In this document: positions 10,223 through 18,180 of the stretch, piece after piece
Position numbering within the stretch: position 1 is the first letter of the stretch
Layout of the letters: each line of letters starts with the position of its first letter
Assembly: GCA_036835125.1 (NCBI GenBank)
Contig: DAITMO010000001.1
Location: 57,444 to 121,443, forward strand
Source: Patescibacteria group bacterium
GTDB lineage: Bacteria > Patescibacteriota > Microgenomatia > UBA8517
Length of the DNA stretch: 64,000 nt
Direction: 5' to 3'
Position numbers and translations under genes: made by a program
Notes under the pieces: generated by a model
Told to the model about the DNA's origin: nothing
Databases searched by the model: none
The model's input: the letters and a program-made list of their open reading frames with translations, nothing else

Positions 10223-10672
10223 TTAATTATTTGCTTCTATCTCTTTAATTTCTTGAAGTCTTCTTTCATATTTTGCTCTCCCTGAGAATTTTGTTTCTAA
10301 AAATGCAATTAACATTGCTTTGGCCTCTTTCTCTTCTGTGAAGTCAGCCGCAATAACCAATATGTTCATGTCATCATCATTCCTTCCTGCCTCAACTTGA
10401 AAAACATCTTTTCCAATTGAAGCACGAATCCCATCAAATTTATTAGCAACAATATCAACCCCCACCCCACTTCCACAAAGAAGAACTCCTCGCGAATTCT
10501 CTGTCTTTGCAACTAAAGAAGCTACTTGTTCTGCATACTTAGTGTAGTCATCATTTGGGTCAAGGTGATTTGCTCCAAGATCTTGATATGGATACTCCAT
10601 TTCAAATAGCCACTTAGCAATTTTTTCCTTGAGTTCATACCCTCTATGGTCTGCACCTAAAAATATTTTCAT
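10223..10672 (-). CDS. rpiB: Ribose-5-phosphate isomerase B
   Basis: 149 aa. RpiB/LacA family signatures: MKIFLGADHRGYELK and CGSGVGVDIVANK. Confidence 0.85.
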   Translation of the reverse strand: MKIFLGADHRGYELKEKIAKWLFEMEYPYQDLGANHLDPNDDYTKYAEQVASLVAKTENSRGVLLCGSGVGVDIVANKFDGIRASIGKDVFQVEAGRNDDDMNILVIAADFTEEKEAKAMLIAFLETKFSGRAKYERRLQEIKEIEANN

Positions 10673-10686
10673 TATTGTTTATCCTG

Positions 10687-11346
10687 TTATTTGAAACCTT
10701 CTGTCAATTCCAACAATTTTGCTTTTGGATTATCTGCTTTAATAACAGCTGTTGCAATAGCAATTCCAGTTGCTCCCAACTCAATGCTTTTTTTGATGTC
10801 CTCCGTAGATGATATTCCAGCACCAACAATGAGAGGTTCTCCACCTTCTTTGGCTATGACTACAGCTTGAGAAATAATTTCTGGTTGAGATCTCGCAACT
10901 GAATTTGTAGTTGAACCAACAAGTTCAGGTGGCTCATATGCAACATATGTAGGTTTTAAGTCTATAACTTTTTTTAACTCTTCAAGACTGCCTGCAAAAA
11001 TTAATGTTTTTAGATTTGCAGAAAGGGATTTTTCATTTGCCAAACGAAGTGCCTCAAAGTCGTTAAATTTATGCTCACTATGATTTAGAAATACTCCTGA
11101 TACACCAACTCTTGAGACTTCTTCAGGTAATGTCCAACCAGTATGTGCACCAAAACTTACTGGATCAACGTGCTGAATCCAAACTTCAAGGGTAGTGGTA
11201 GCTACAATTCTTTCTGCATCTATTACTTGAACTACTGGTATGATTTTAATTTGTGATTCCCTTGCAGCTTCCTCAAGAGATCTTGTGAGAGTGATTGCTT
11301 TTTCACCTGAGCTTTCTTCAAAAGTTTTGTAGTTAACAAAAATCAT
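10687..11346 (-). CDS. tpiA: Triosephosphate isomerase, archaeal-type short form
   Basis: 219 aa. VNYKTF, HVD, GAHTG, LNHSEHK, YVAYEPPELVG and GAGISSTEDIKKSIELGATG align motif-for-motif with the ~225-aa archaeal TIMs from memory. Confidence 0.75.
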   Translation of the reverse strand: MIFVNYKTFEESSGEKAITLTRSLEEAARESQIKIIPVVQVIDAERIVATTTLEVWIQHVDPVSFGAHTGWTLPEEVSRVGVSGVFLNHSEHKFNDFEALRLANEKSLSANLKTLIFAGSLEELKKVIDLKPTYVAYEPPELVGSTTNSVARSQPEIISQAVVIAKEGGEPLIVGAGISSTEDIKKSIELGATGIAIATAVIKADNPKAKLLELTEGFK

Positions 11347-11600
11347 TATTGTTTATATATAACTATTGAGTCTAACTTGCCTTTATCAAAGCCAACAATA
11401 GTCTCCTTTGTTCCATTATCAAGAGTGATAACGGTAAAAGGAACTCCTGAAAACCCTCCTGATTGACTATCCATTTCTTCCAATGCTTTTTCATCAATGT
11501 CTATTAGTTTCTCTGTGTAGGGAATATTTTTTCCATCCAAATAATCTTTAAGCATTTTGCAGTAGGGACAACTTGATGTGGAATATATTGTTATCTGCAT
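11346..11600 (-). CDS. Glutaredoxin-like thioredoxin-fold protein
   Basis: 84 aa with the CPYC active site near the N-terminus. Shares its start/stop nucleotide with the TIM gene. Confidence 0.7.
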   Translation of the reverse strand: MQITIYSTSSCPYCKMLKDYLDGKNIPYTEKLIDIDEKALEEMDSQSGGFSGVPFTVITLDNGTKETIVGFDKGKLDSIVIYKQ

Positions 11601-11648
11601 ATTAATTAATCTTAATCTAAATTGGGGTGTAGAGTCCAGTTTATTAGT

Positions 11649-12089
11649 TTAAAAAGATCCCGTCAGAATAGTTTCATCACCCTTCATGATAATCAACTGT
11701 TTATAGTTTCTATATTTTGAAAGATCAAATTCCAAAATATAGCCACCTTTTGCTGATATTAGACTGCCAATCATGATTTTTGAAGATCCATTTGCTACAA
11801 AAACTTTATATGATTCTCCTATTTCTAATTCTGGCAAGTCTGCATATACACCTGTCGTCGTAAGTATTCCCATTCCCTCTCTACCTGAAACATTTACAAG
11901 TTCTATTGTATTCTCGTCATCAGGAATTGTCACACCTTTTATTTTTTCCTTAATTTGGGTCTCTACGGTAGAAGTTTCTTCTGGAATATAGCTAATAGAT
12001 GTTTTATTGTTTTTTTTGAAAAAATAAAGAAATCCTGCTAGAAGAAGCACTAATATCAAAAAGGCAATAATTACTCTTTTTATATTCAC
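11649..12089 (-). CDS. Hypothetical membrane-anchored protein
   Basis: 146-aa ORF with a single N-terminal TM helix. Confidence 0.35.
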   Translation of the reverse strand: MNIKRVIIAFLILVLLLAGFLYFFKKNNKTSISYIPEETSTVETQIKEKIKGVTIPDDENTIELVNVSGREGMGILTTTGVYADLPELEIGESYKVFVANGSSKIMIGSLISAKGGYILEFDLSKYRNYKQLIIMKGDETILTGSF

Positions 12090-12169
12090 CTTGAGCGAAA
12101 GATATCATTCCCTTTTCCTTTTGTCAAATTAATAAATACCGCAAATTTACTGCAGTTTTTCCGCTAGGA

Positions 12170-12358
12170 TCAACTCTGCTTCAAATAGATACTAAAAAGT
12201 GCCATAACTGATGCAACCAATAGCCACTGTGTTGAGGCTAGCCAAATATCCCTTCCAATCCAACCCGTTATGGCAAAAAGAACTGAAAGTACTGCTCCAA
12301 AAAACAATATCTTGGAAATAAATTCTTTATTTCTTTTAACAAGTTTCATATTCCTCAC
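12170..12358 (-). CDS. Hypothetical small membrane protein
   Basis: 62 aa with two hydrophobic segments. Confidence 0.25.
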   Translation of the reverse strand: MRNMKLVKRNKEFISKILFFGAVLSVLFAITGWIGRDIWLASTQWLLVASVMALFSIYLKQS

Positions 12359-12493
12359 CCCCTTTTATTAATATTACCACTTGACCCAAAAACACTTTAA
12401 AAGTAAATTGGGATACTTGGTGAAACACGGTGTAAATCCGTGGGTGTGCCGCAACCGTTAAACCCGGAGCCCAGTTAAACCCGAGCAGGAAAT

Positions 12494-13345
12494 ATGACTT
12501 ACGTAGAATCTCCAACCCAAACACTTACTCGCTTCATTTCTACGTGGAAAGAAACTCCACAAGACAGACTAAGTGATGAAATAATCAGTGCCTTTAATGA
12601 AACCCACAGAAAGCCAGATGATTATAAATTTAAGCTCTGTGATGGACAACTTGTAGATTATAAAACAGGAATCCAGATTAAGATAGATACATCAACTTAT
12701 TTAGGTAAAAAAGACAATGAACTTTTAGAAGTTCTGAATTATTGGGCCAACGAAAACATAAATGGAACAGCCCTTTGGATAAGCCCATCATATGATTCTT
12801 CCTACCCCTGCAATAAAATTACCATGTACCAACTTCAAGAGGAAAATGGAGAAAAAATAACAATTAATATAAGCGTTCTTTTTGACACACCCAAAGAACA
12901 CACTCTTTCAATAGCAGAAAAACTAAATCCATCATTTATCAATACTAAAGACCCTGAAACATTAAGAAATAAACTATTTATTGTGGATGAAAATTTTGAT
13001 CTTACTTCTCTACTCAAATTAATTGGTGAAAAACAATATTTTCCAGAAACTCCTAGTCAGGAACTTGTTAATTATTTTATTGGTCAAATATATTCTGGAA
13101 GAGACCCTAGGGATATTGCTTATGAAATGGAAAAAAGAGGAATGATTGGTGAATTCTCAGTAAGTTGTGGTGGTGGCTCCACTCTTAATAATTCCTTAAC
13201 AATAAATTTAAAAGGTGAAATTAATACCAATGAAGCATACTTTGAATGTCCAAGATGTCATGGATTAATTAAATCAGGCTTAGGAATTACTACATGTCCA
13301 CATTGTGGTTTAACAAAAGAACAAGCTGGATCTTCCTGTGTTTAA
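12494..13345 (+). CDS. Hypothetical protein with a C-terminal double-CxxC zinc ribbon
   Basis: 283 aa. C-terminal CPRCHG...CPHCG. A good AGGAAA RBS lies upstream, preceded by a TTGACC(N17)TAAATT promoter-like element. Confidence 0.5.
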   Translation: MTYVESPTQTLTRFISTWKETPQDRLSDEIISAFNETHRKPDDYKFKLCDGQLVDYKTGIQIKIDTSTYLGKKDNELLEVLNYWANENINGTALWISPSYDSSYPCNKITMYQLQEENGEKITINISVLFDTPKEHTLSIAEKLNPSFINTKDPETLRNKLFIVDENFDLTSLLKLIGEKQYFPETPSQELVNYFIGQIYSGRDPRDIAYEMEKRGMIGEFSVSCGGGSTLNNSLTINLKGEINTNEAYFECPRCHGLIKSGLGITTCPHCGLTKEQAGSSCV

Positions 13346-13437
13346 TACCTCTCCCCTCTTGGTTTTGCTATGAATGGCTTTATTTCATCCATTTCTTTTG
13401 GTCTTTGTTTATAGATAAAGAGGTCTTGTCAAGAAAA

Positions 13438-14007
13438 TTACTTTGTTCTTCCCAAATATTCACCCGTATCAGTATCAAGTATTACTTTTTCCCCAACTTT
13501 AATGAAGAGTGGAACTTGGGCTTCAATTCCTGTTTCTACTTTTACGGTCTTTTTTGGTGCGTTGACACGGTTACCTGCAACATCATCAGGAGATTCAACT
13601 ACTTCTAAAGTAACATTTGGAGGAAGTGTTGCTCCAATTGCTTCACCTCTATGCCAAACAATCCAACATTTAAGATTTGGAGTTAAGTATCCAAACTGAT
13701 CTTCAATTAAGGCAAGTGGAATACTTACTTGTTCATAGCTCTTAGGGTCCATAAAGACAAGCTCTTCTCCATCGCGATACAGGTATTCCATCTCTCGCTT
13801 TTCTATTTCAGCAAGTTCAATCGTCTCGTTTGTCTTAAAAGTAAACTCTCCAGCTACTCCCGTTGCCACATTTTTGAATTTCACTCTCATGATAGCTGCT
13901 CCTTTGCCTGGGGACATAAAGTCAGCTTTTGTAACAAAAACTGGATTGCCTTTAAAAATGATATAGCTGCTTTTTGTAATGTTTCCGGCACTTATTGTGT
14001 TTGCCAT
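13438..14007 (-). CDS. efp: Translation elongation factor P
   Basis: 189 aa. Has the EF-P KOW-like N-terminus with the SPGKGAA loop, which carries the conserved modifiable lysine. Confidence 0.9.
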   Translation of the reverse strand: MANTISAGNITKSSYIIFKGNPVFVTKADFMSPGKGAAIMRVKFKNVATGVAGEFTFKTNETIELAEIEKREMEYLYRDGEELVFMDPKSYEQVSIPLALIEDQFGYLTPNLKCWIVWHRGEAIGATLPPNVTLEVVESPDDVAGNRVNAPKKTVKVETGIEAQVPLFIKVGEKVILDTDTGEYLGRTK

Positions 14008-14045
14008 GCAGCTATTCTACCATTAAGTTACGCTCAAAAAAAGTC

Positions 14046-15077
14046 TTAAAGATTAAAAATTTCCTTATCGGGGAAAAATAGAGTTTCAGAAATTGTTTCT
14101 ACATTCCCTGCAAGCATAACAAGTCTATCTACCCCAACTGCAATTCCAGAAACATCTGGCATGCCACTTTTTAGTGCATCAATTAGATCCATGTCAATTG
14201 GATAGTCTTCTTTACCTTGAGACATGCGAGTGGCTTTGTCTTCTTCAAACCTTTTAAGCTGCAAGTCGCTGTCTGTTAATTCAGAAAAACAGTTACCAAG
14301 TTCAAGTTTATCCAAAAATACTTCAAATCTTTCTGCAAAATTTGGATCTTTGGAGGGTTTAGAAAGTGAAGCCTGAGAAATTGGATAATCATAAAGAAAA
14401 TACGGACGACCAAGTTTCAATATCTCGGGCTCAACTTTATTGAAATATATCTTATAAAAATCTTCATCTTTTACTTCTAAAACATCAAGATTCGCATATT
14501 TTTTAAAGGCATCGGCAATTCTAATTCTTGGCCAAGGAGTAGTTAAATTATATATTTTTCCTTGATATTCCCATTTTTTTATATTAGTTTTTGGATTAAC
14601 TTTCTTAATTATCTGAATAAATAGATCTTCAAAATCTTCCATTACATCAAAATAATTAGCCCCTACTTTATACCACTCCAGCATTGTAAATTCAGGGTTA
14701 TGAAGGGAACTTACCTCTTCATCATTCCTAAAGCATTTTGTTATTTCAAAACAATTCCCAATACCTGCTGCTAAAAGTTTTTTGATTGAAAACTCAGGAC
14801 TCATTATGAGATATCCAGGTCGTACCTCCCCTTTTGAAGTCCTTAATTCAGTTTTGAATACTTCCAAATTTGGTTCTATTGAAGGAATTGGAACTAAAAT
14901 TGGAGTAGAAACTTCATGAAAGTCTTGTTTTTTAAAAAAATCGCGAATAGCATCAATAACCTTTTCGCGAATCAAGTATTTTTCCAATAGTTTTGGATTT
15001 TCTTTTATTTTTTTCCAAGTTTGCATGAGGCTATTATACTCTATTTGAAACAATAAACTTAAAAAACATCTTGACAA
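14046..15077 (-). CDS. Class II aminoacyl-tRNA-synthetase-like catalytic domain without an anticodon-binding domain; probable EF-P lysyl ligase (EpmA/PoxA-like)
   Basis: 343 aa with class II motif 2 (CFRNDEEVSSLHNPEFTMLEWY) and motif 3 regions. Sits next to efp. AsnA-like function is not excluded. Confidence 0.6.
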   Translation of the reverse strand: MSRCFLSLLFQIEYNSLMQTWKKIKENPKLLEKYLIREKVIDAIRDFFKKQDFHEVSTPILVPIPSIEPNLEVFKTELRTSKGEVRPGYLIMSPEFSIKKLLAAGIGNCFEITKCFRNDEEVSSLHNPEFTMLEWYKVGANYFDVMEDFEDLFIQIIKKVNPKTNIKKWEYQGKIYNLTTPWPRIRIADAFKKYANLDVLEVKDEDFYKIYFNKVEPEILKLGRPYFLYDYPISQASLSKPSKDPNFAERFEVFLDKLELGNCFSELTDSDLQLKRFEEDKATRMSQGKEDYPIDMDLIDALKSGMPDVSGIAVGVDRLVMLAGNVETISETLFFPDKEIFNL

Positions 15078-15119
15078 ATTAGCACTCTAAGTGTTAGAGT
15101 GCTAGTATGATGAAAGGAG

Positions 15120-15554
15120 GTGAAACAAATGGCAATTGTAAAAATTAATCCTTTTAGTCCGTGGCTTAGCGATCGTTTCTTCTCAGGCTTTGATGAAGAT
15201 GACAACTGGCCAATAGTCAAAGTAACTGACGGGCTTGATGTCTACGAAACAGATAAAGAAGTAATCGTCAAAGCTGCGGTTCCAGGAATCCCAGGAGAAA
15301 AGGTAGATGTTACCTTTGAAGATGGAGTATTAAGAATTAAGGCAGAAGTAGAGGAAAAAGAAGAAGAGAAAAAAGCAAAAAAGGTAGTCTATAGACAACA
15401 AAAGATGAATTCTTTTGACTACACCACCACTCTTCCAAGGGCAGTTGATGGTGAGCGTATTTCTGCAGAAGTAAATGACGGAGTTGTTGTAATCAAAGCT
15501 CCTATTACTGAAGCAGCAAAACCAAAAAAAATTACTGTTAAATCAAACAAATAA
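15120..15554 (+). CDS. Hsp20/alpha-crystallin family small heat-shock protein
   Basis: 144 aa with an alpha-crystallin domain (VKAAVPGI...VDVTFEDGVLRIKAE). Confidence 0.85.
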   Translation: MKQMAIVKINPFSPWLSDRFFSGFDEDDNWPIVKVTDGLDVYETDKEVIVKAAVPGIPGEKVDVTFEDGVLRIKAEVEEKEEEKKAKKVVYRQQKMNSFDYTTTLPRAVDGERISAEVNDGVVVIKAPITEAAKPKKITVKSNK

Positions 15555-15580
15555 AGACTAAATACTTGATAAAGTCTTTT

Positions 15581-15606
15581 CCCCGCCAAACGGCGGGGTT
15601 TTTATT
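15581..15606 (+). terminator. Rho-independent terminator after the Hsp20 gene
   Basis: CCCCGCC-AAAC-GGCGGGG stem-loop followed by a T-tract. Confidence 0.7.
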
Positions 15607-15657
15607 GTCCTATCAATAATTAGGTTAATTCCTATATCCATGCTACAATGATCACTC

Positions 15658-16131
15658 ATGGGAAATTATAGAGGTGACAATAGAGGAACAAGAAGCTTTG
15701 GGAGTGACCGCGGAGGACGTGGTGGTTTTGGTGGACGTGGAAGAGATTTTGGTGGAAATCGTGGTGGTTTTGGTGGTAGAGGTGGAGATAGAGAGATGTT
15801 TAGTACAGTATGTAGTGAATGTGGAAAAGAATGCAGAGTTCCTTTTAGGCCAACAAATGGCAAACCTGTTTATTGTAGTGATTGTTTTGAAAAAGTAAAT
15901 GGAGGTCGAGATTCAAGACGCCCAGAAAGAAACGATTTTGCTCCTAGACCTCAAGGAAATGACCAAAGTAAAACCCAGTTGGATGCAATTAATGCAAAAT
16001 TAGATAAAATCCTAAATATTTTGGCTCCAACTTCAGTAGTTGAAGCTGTTGAAGAAAAAGTAGTTTCTGAAATAAAGCCTGAAAAAGCCAAAAAGGTTGT
16101 TAAGAAAGTAGCTTCAAAAAAGAAAGAATAA
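15658..16131 (+). CDS. Gly/Arg-rich (RGG/FGG repeat) protein with a CxxC-x17-CxxC zinc ribbon and a Lys-rich tail
   Basis: 157 aa. The N-terminal 45 aa are almost entirely G/R/F/D. CSECGKEC...CSDCF follows. A TGCTACAAT extended -10 lies upstream. Confidence 0.5.
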   Translation: MGNYRGDNRGTRSFGSDRGGRGGFGGRGRDFGGNRGGFGGRGGDREMFSTVCSECGKECRVPFRPTNGKPVYCSDCFEKVNGGRDSRRPERNDFAPRPQGNDQSKTQLDAINAKLDKILNILAPTSVVEAVEEKVVSEIKPEKAKKVVKKVASKKKE

Positions 16132-16148
16132 CATCCACGTTTTATCCT

Positions 16149-16661
16149 CTATTTGTTGTAGTGACCAACAATTGTTCGTATAACTAAATAAAGTGGGACT
16201 GCGAGAATTGCTCCTGAAATTCCTAACAAGATAGTTCCAAAGGTTACAAGAAGGATTACAAGTAAAGGATTAATCTTTGTTGTCTTTCCCAAAAATATTG
16301 GAGCAATTATTAGATCAATTATTTTATTGAATACAAAAAATACTGCCAATATTATTATTGCCTCAAGCCATCCAGGGGAACCCGTCCACATATTTGATTT
16401 ATCTAAGATTGCTACAACTGCAATAATAATTGTTGTAAAAGTCATTCCAAAACCAGGAACACCAGAGAAGGCTCCTGTTAGGATTGCTAGAAGTACTGCG
16501 TAATCAACTTTTAATAAAGATAGTATTCCCCAAGAAGCAAAGCCGACAATAATCATTAAAACAAATTGTGTTGTTAAATAGCTTCCTAAAACTTTCCCAA
16601 TTTCTTTACTTAATGAAGTTTTATTGTTTATTTTTGTTTTAGTAGATTTTGACCTTGGCAT
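16149..16661 (-). CDS. AI-2E (PerM/UPF0118) family transporter-like protein, half-size
   Basis: 170 aa, resembling only the C-terminal half of AI-2E permeases (GVPGFG...AVPLYLVIRT). No N-terminal half ORF lies upstream. Confidence 0.4.
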   Translation of the reverse strand: MPRSKSTKTKINNKTSLSKEIGKVLGSYLTTQFVLMIIVGFASWGILSLLKVDYAVLLAILTGAFSGVPGFGMTFTTIIIAVVAILDKSNMWTGSPGWLEAIIILAVFFVFNKIIDLIIAPIFLGKTTKINPLLVILLVTFGTILLGISGAILAVPLYLVIRTIVGHYNK

Positions 16662-16709
16662 TAATTAACTATATCAAGATATTAAAAACAAATCCAACTT
16701 TTAAAAAAG

Positions 16710-17111
16710 TTAATCAATTCTATATCTCCAAAACATTGCTGTAATGTTTTTACCACCACTTGTTAAATTTATTGCTTTTTTGAGTTCGTACTGACTAATG
16801 GTCTCATTTAGAGGTTCTCTATCTGGAATGTTTCCTGTGTAATAGCTCTCCAATGCTTGCAAGGCTTCTTTGTCTCCCAACTGACCCAATGCCCATATTG
16901 CAGAGTTTCTTGCAGAAAAACCACGATCTTCATCTTTAAGAAGTGTTATCAATGCATCAACACATCTTTCACTTCTATATTCATTTTTTGCATCTTTACA
17001 TTGTCTTTTAACGTCAAAGCCTATCCACACACTAGTAACAACAAAGAACAACACAAAAACAGATACTCCAATAACTCCTAAAAACAGTAATTTATTTATC
17101 AATTTTTTCAT
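16710..17111 (-). CDS. HEAT/PBS-lyase-repeat protein with an N-terminal TM anchor
   Basis: 133 aa. Contains the RNSAIWALGQLGDKEALQALE HEAT-like repeat. Confidence 0.45.
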   Translation of the reverse strand: MKKLINKLLFLGVIGVSVFVLFFVVTSVWIGFDVKRQCKDAKNEYRSERCVDALITLLKDEDRGFSARNSAIWALGQLGDKEALQALESYYTGNIPDREPLNETISQYELKKAINLTSGGKNITAMFWRYRID

Positions 17112-17302
17112 TTCTCTACAAATACCTCCTCTACTCTAACTTTAAAAAGCTTTGCGATTTTGTATGCTAAGGGCAAAGACGGCAAATATCTTCCAGCCTC
17201 AATTGCAATAACAGTTTGCCTAGTTATACCAAGTTTAACTGCCAATTCCTCTTGAGTCAGGTCACTTATTGCCCTATATACTTTTAAATTGCTTTTAATC
17301 AT
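17108..17302 (-). CDS. XRE-family helix-turn-helix transcriptional regulator
   Basis: 64 aa with a canonical HTH_3 core (LTQEELAVKLGITRQTVIAIEAG). Confidence 0.8.
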   Translation of the reverse strand: MIKSNLKVYRAISDLTQEELAVKLGITRQTVIAIEAGRYLPSLPLAYKIAKLFKVRVEEVFVEK

Positions 17303-17709
17303 TTTCCACCATACTTCCTATTCAAATAATAATAAGAGATGGCATAAATCGTCATCATAAATAAAGTTAGGTAAGCAAAAATCATCCCAAGAGAATCCAG
17401 AAAAACGAAGTCACCCTTTGCAAAAACTGTTAAGTGGCTAAGAGTTGGAAAAAGCATGATGAAAGCTCCAATTCCCAATGTGGGAGCAAATATAGAATAC
17501 GTGAGAAGGGCTGCCTTTTCCTTTACAGATTCCATTCTCTCGTCTGTTATTGTTTTTGCCTTCGATCTAACAAGGGACAAAAAAATCATTCCTGTAATAA
17601 CACCAGCAGCAGCTAAAAGATAACTGTTTTTAATAACGGCAACCGAAACAATAGCTCCAACTAAAAGACCCGCAAACGCTCTCATTTGTCTATATCTTTT
17701 CTCTGTCAT
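17299..17709 (-). CDS. Membrane protein partnered with the XRE regulator (DUF2178-like arrangement)
   Basis: 136 aa with 4 TM segments. Overlaps the HTH gene by 4 nt. Confidence 0.5.
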   Translation of the reverse strand: MTEKRYRQMRAFAGLLVGAIVSVAVIKNSYLLAAAGVITGMIFLSLVRSKAKTITDERMESVKEKAALLTYSIFAPTLGIGAFIMLFPTLSHLTVFAKGDFVFLDSLGMIFAYLTLFMMTIYAISYYYLNRKYGGK

Positions 17710-17789
17710 AAGAGAAATGTAACATATACTTTACATTTTGTCAAGCATGCTTTACTTCAAATATGTTAAAACAATGTTATAGTTAAGAA

Positions 17790-17972
17790 ATGAAACAAAA
17801 CAAACTCAAAACAATACTCACAGTTATTTTGACATTACCAATAGTTTTTTTCATGATTTTCTTGTTTGGAGAAGTATTTGCAGGAGACTTAAGTGGTTTT
17901 TCTCATATTCTTCAAGCTCTACCTTTCATAATAGTAATCATTCTTGTGTGGAGTTTGCCCAAAAAAAAGTAG
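17790..17972 (+). CDS. Hypothetical small membrane protein
   Basis: 60-aa ORF with two hydrophobic segments. Weak evidence. Confidence 0.2.
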   Translation: MKQNKLKTILTVILTLPIVFFMIFLFGEVFAGDLSGFSHILQALPFIIVIILVWSLPKKK

Positions 17973-17984
17973 AGTTACTGATTA

Positions 17985-18155
17985 TTATTTCCTTGAATTT
18001 AAAAACGCTAACAGCCCAAAAAATCCTGTCAGTCCAATCATACCTCCAAAAATATCTTTTCCGGTAACAGAATACAAAATAATCCCTAAGGGTCCCAAAA
18101 AACCCAAAAAACCAAGATAGCCAATTAATTTCTTATTTTTCAATAGTTTGTCCAT
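17985..18155 (-). CDS. Hypothetical small Gly-rich membrane protein (not in the supplied ORF track; below its length cut-off)
   Basis: Read by hand from the reverse strand: MDKLLKNKKLIGYLGFLGFLGPLGIILYSVTGKDIFGGMIGLTGFFGLLAFLNSRK. Lies directly downstream of the tRNA. Confidence 0.25.
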   Translation of the reverse strand: MDKLLKNKKLIGYLGFLGFLGPLGIILYSVTGKDIFGGMIGLTGFFGLLAFLNSRK

Positions 18156-18180
18156 ATTGATACTTTAATTAGAACCTTCG

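Noticed and set aside
12400-12496. Riboswitch call for the structured leader
   Set aside because: I could not find consensus elements of any riboswitch class I know. It is reported only as an uncharacterised structured leader with a repeat.
12336-12524. 62-aa minus-strand ORF
   Set aside because: It covers the promoter-like element, leader and start of the + strand gene 12494..13345. No homology.
13294-14049. ORFs 13294..13608, 13502..13699 and 13729..14049 on the + strand
   Set aside because: They overlap the well-supported efp gene on the opposite strand. Low-complexity translations.
15666-15898. Two ORFs overlapping the RGG-protein gene (15666..15863 minus, 15674..15898 plus frame)
   Set aside because: They are alternative-frame products of the GGN/CGN repeat tract. 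The frame giving a zinc ribbon and a sensible start was retained.
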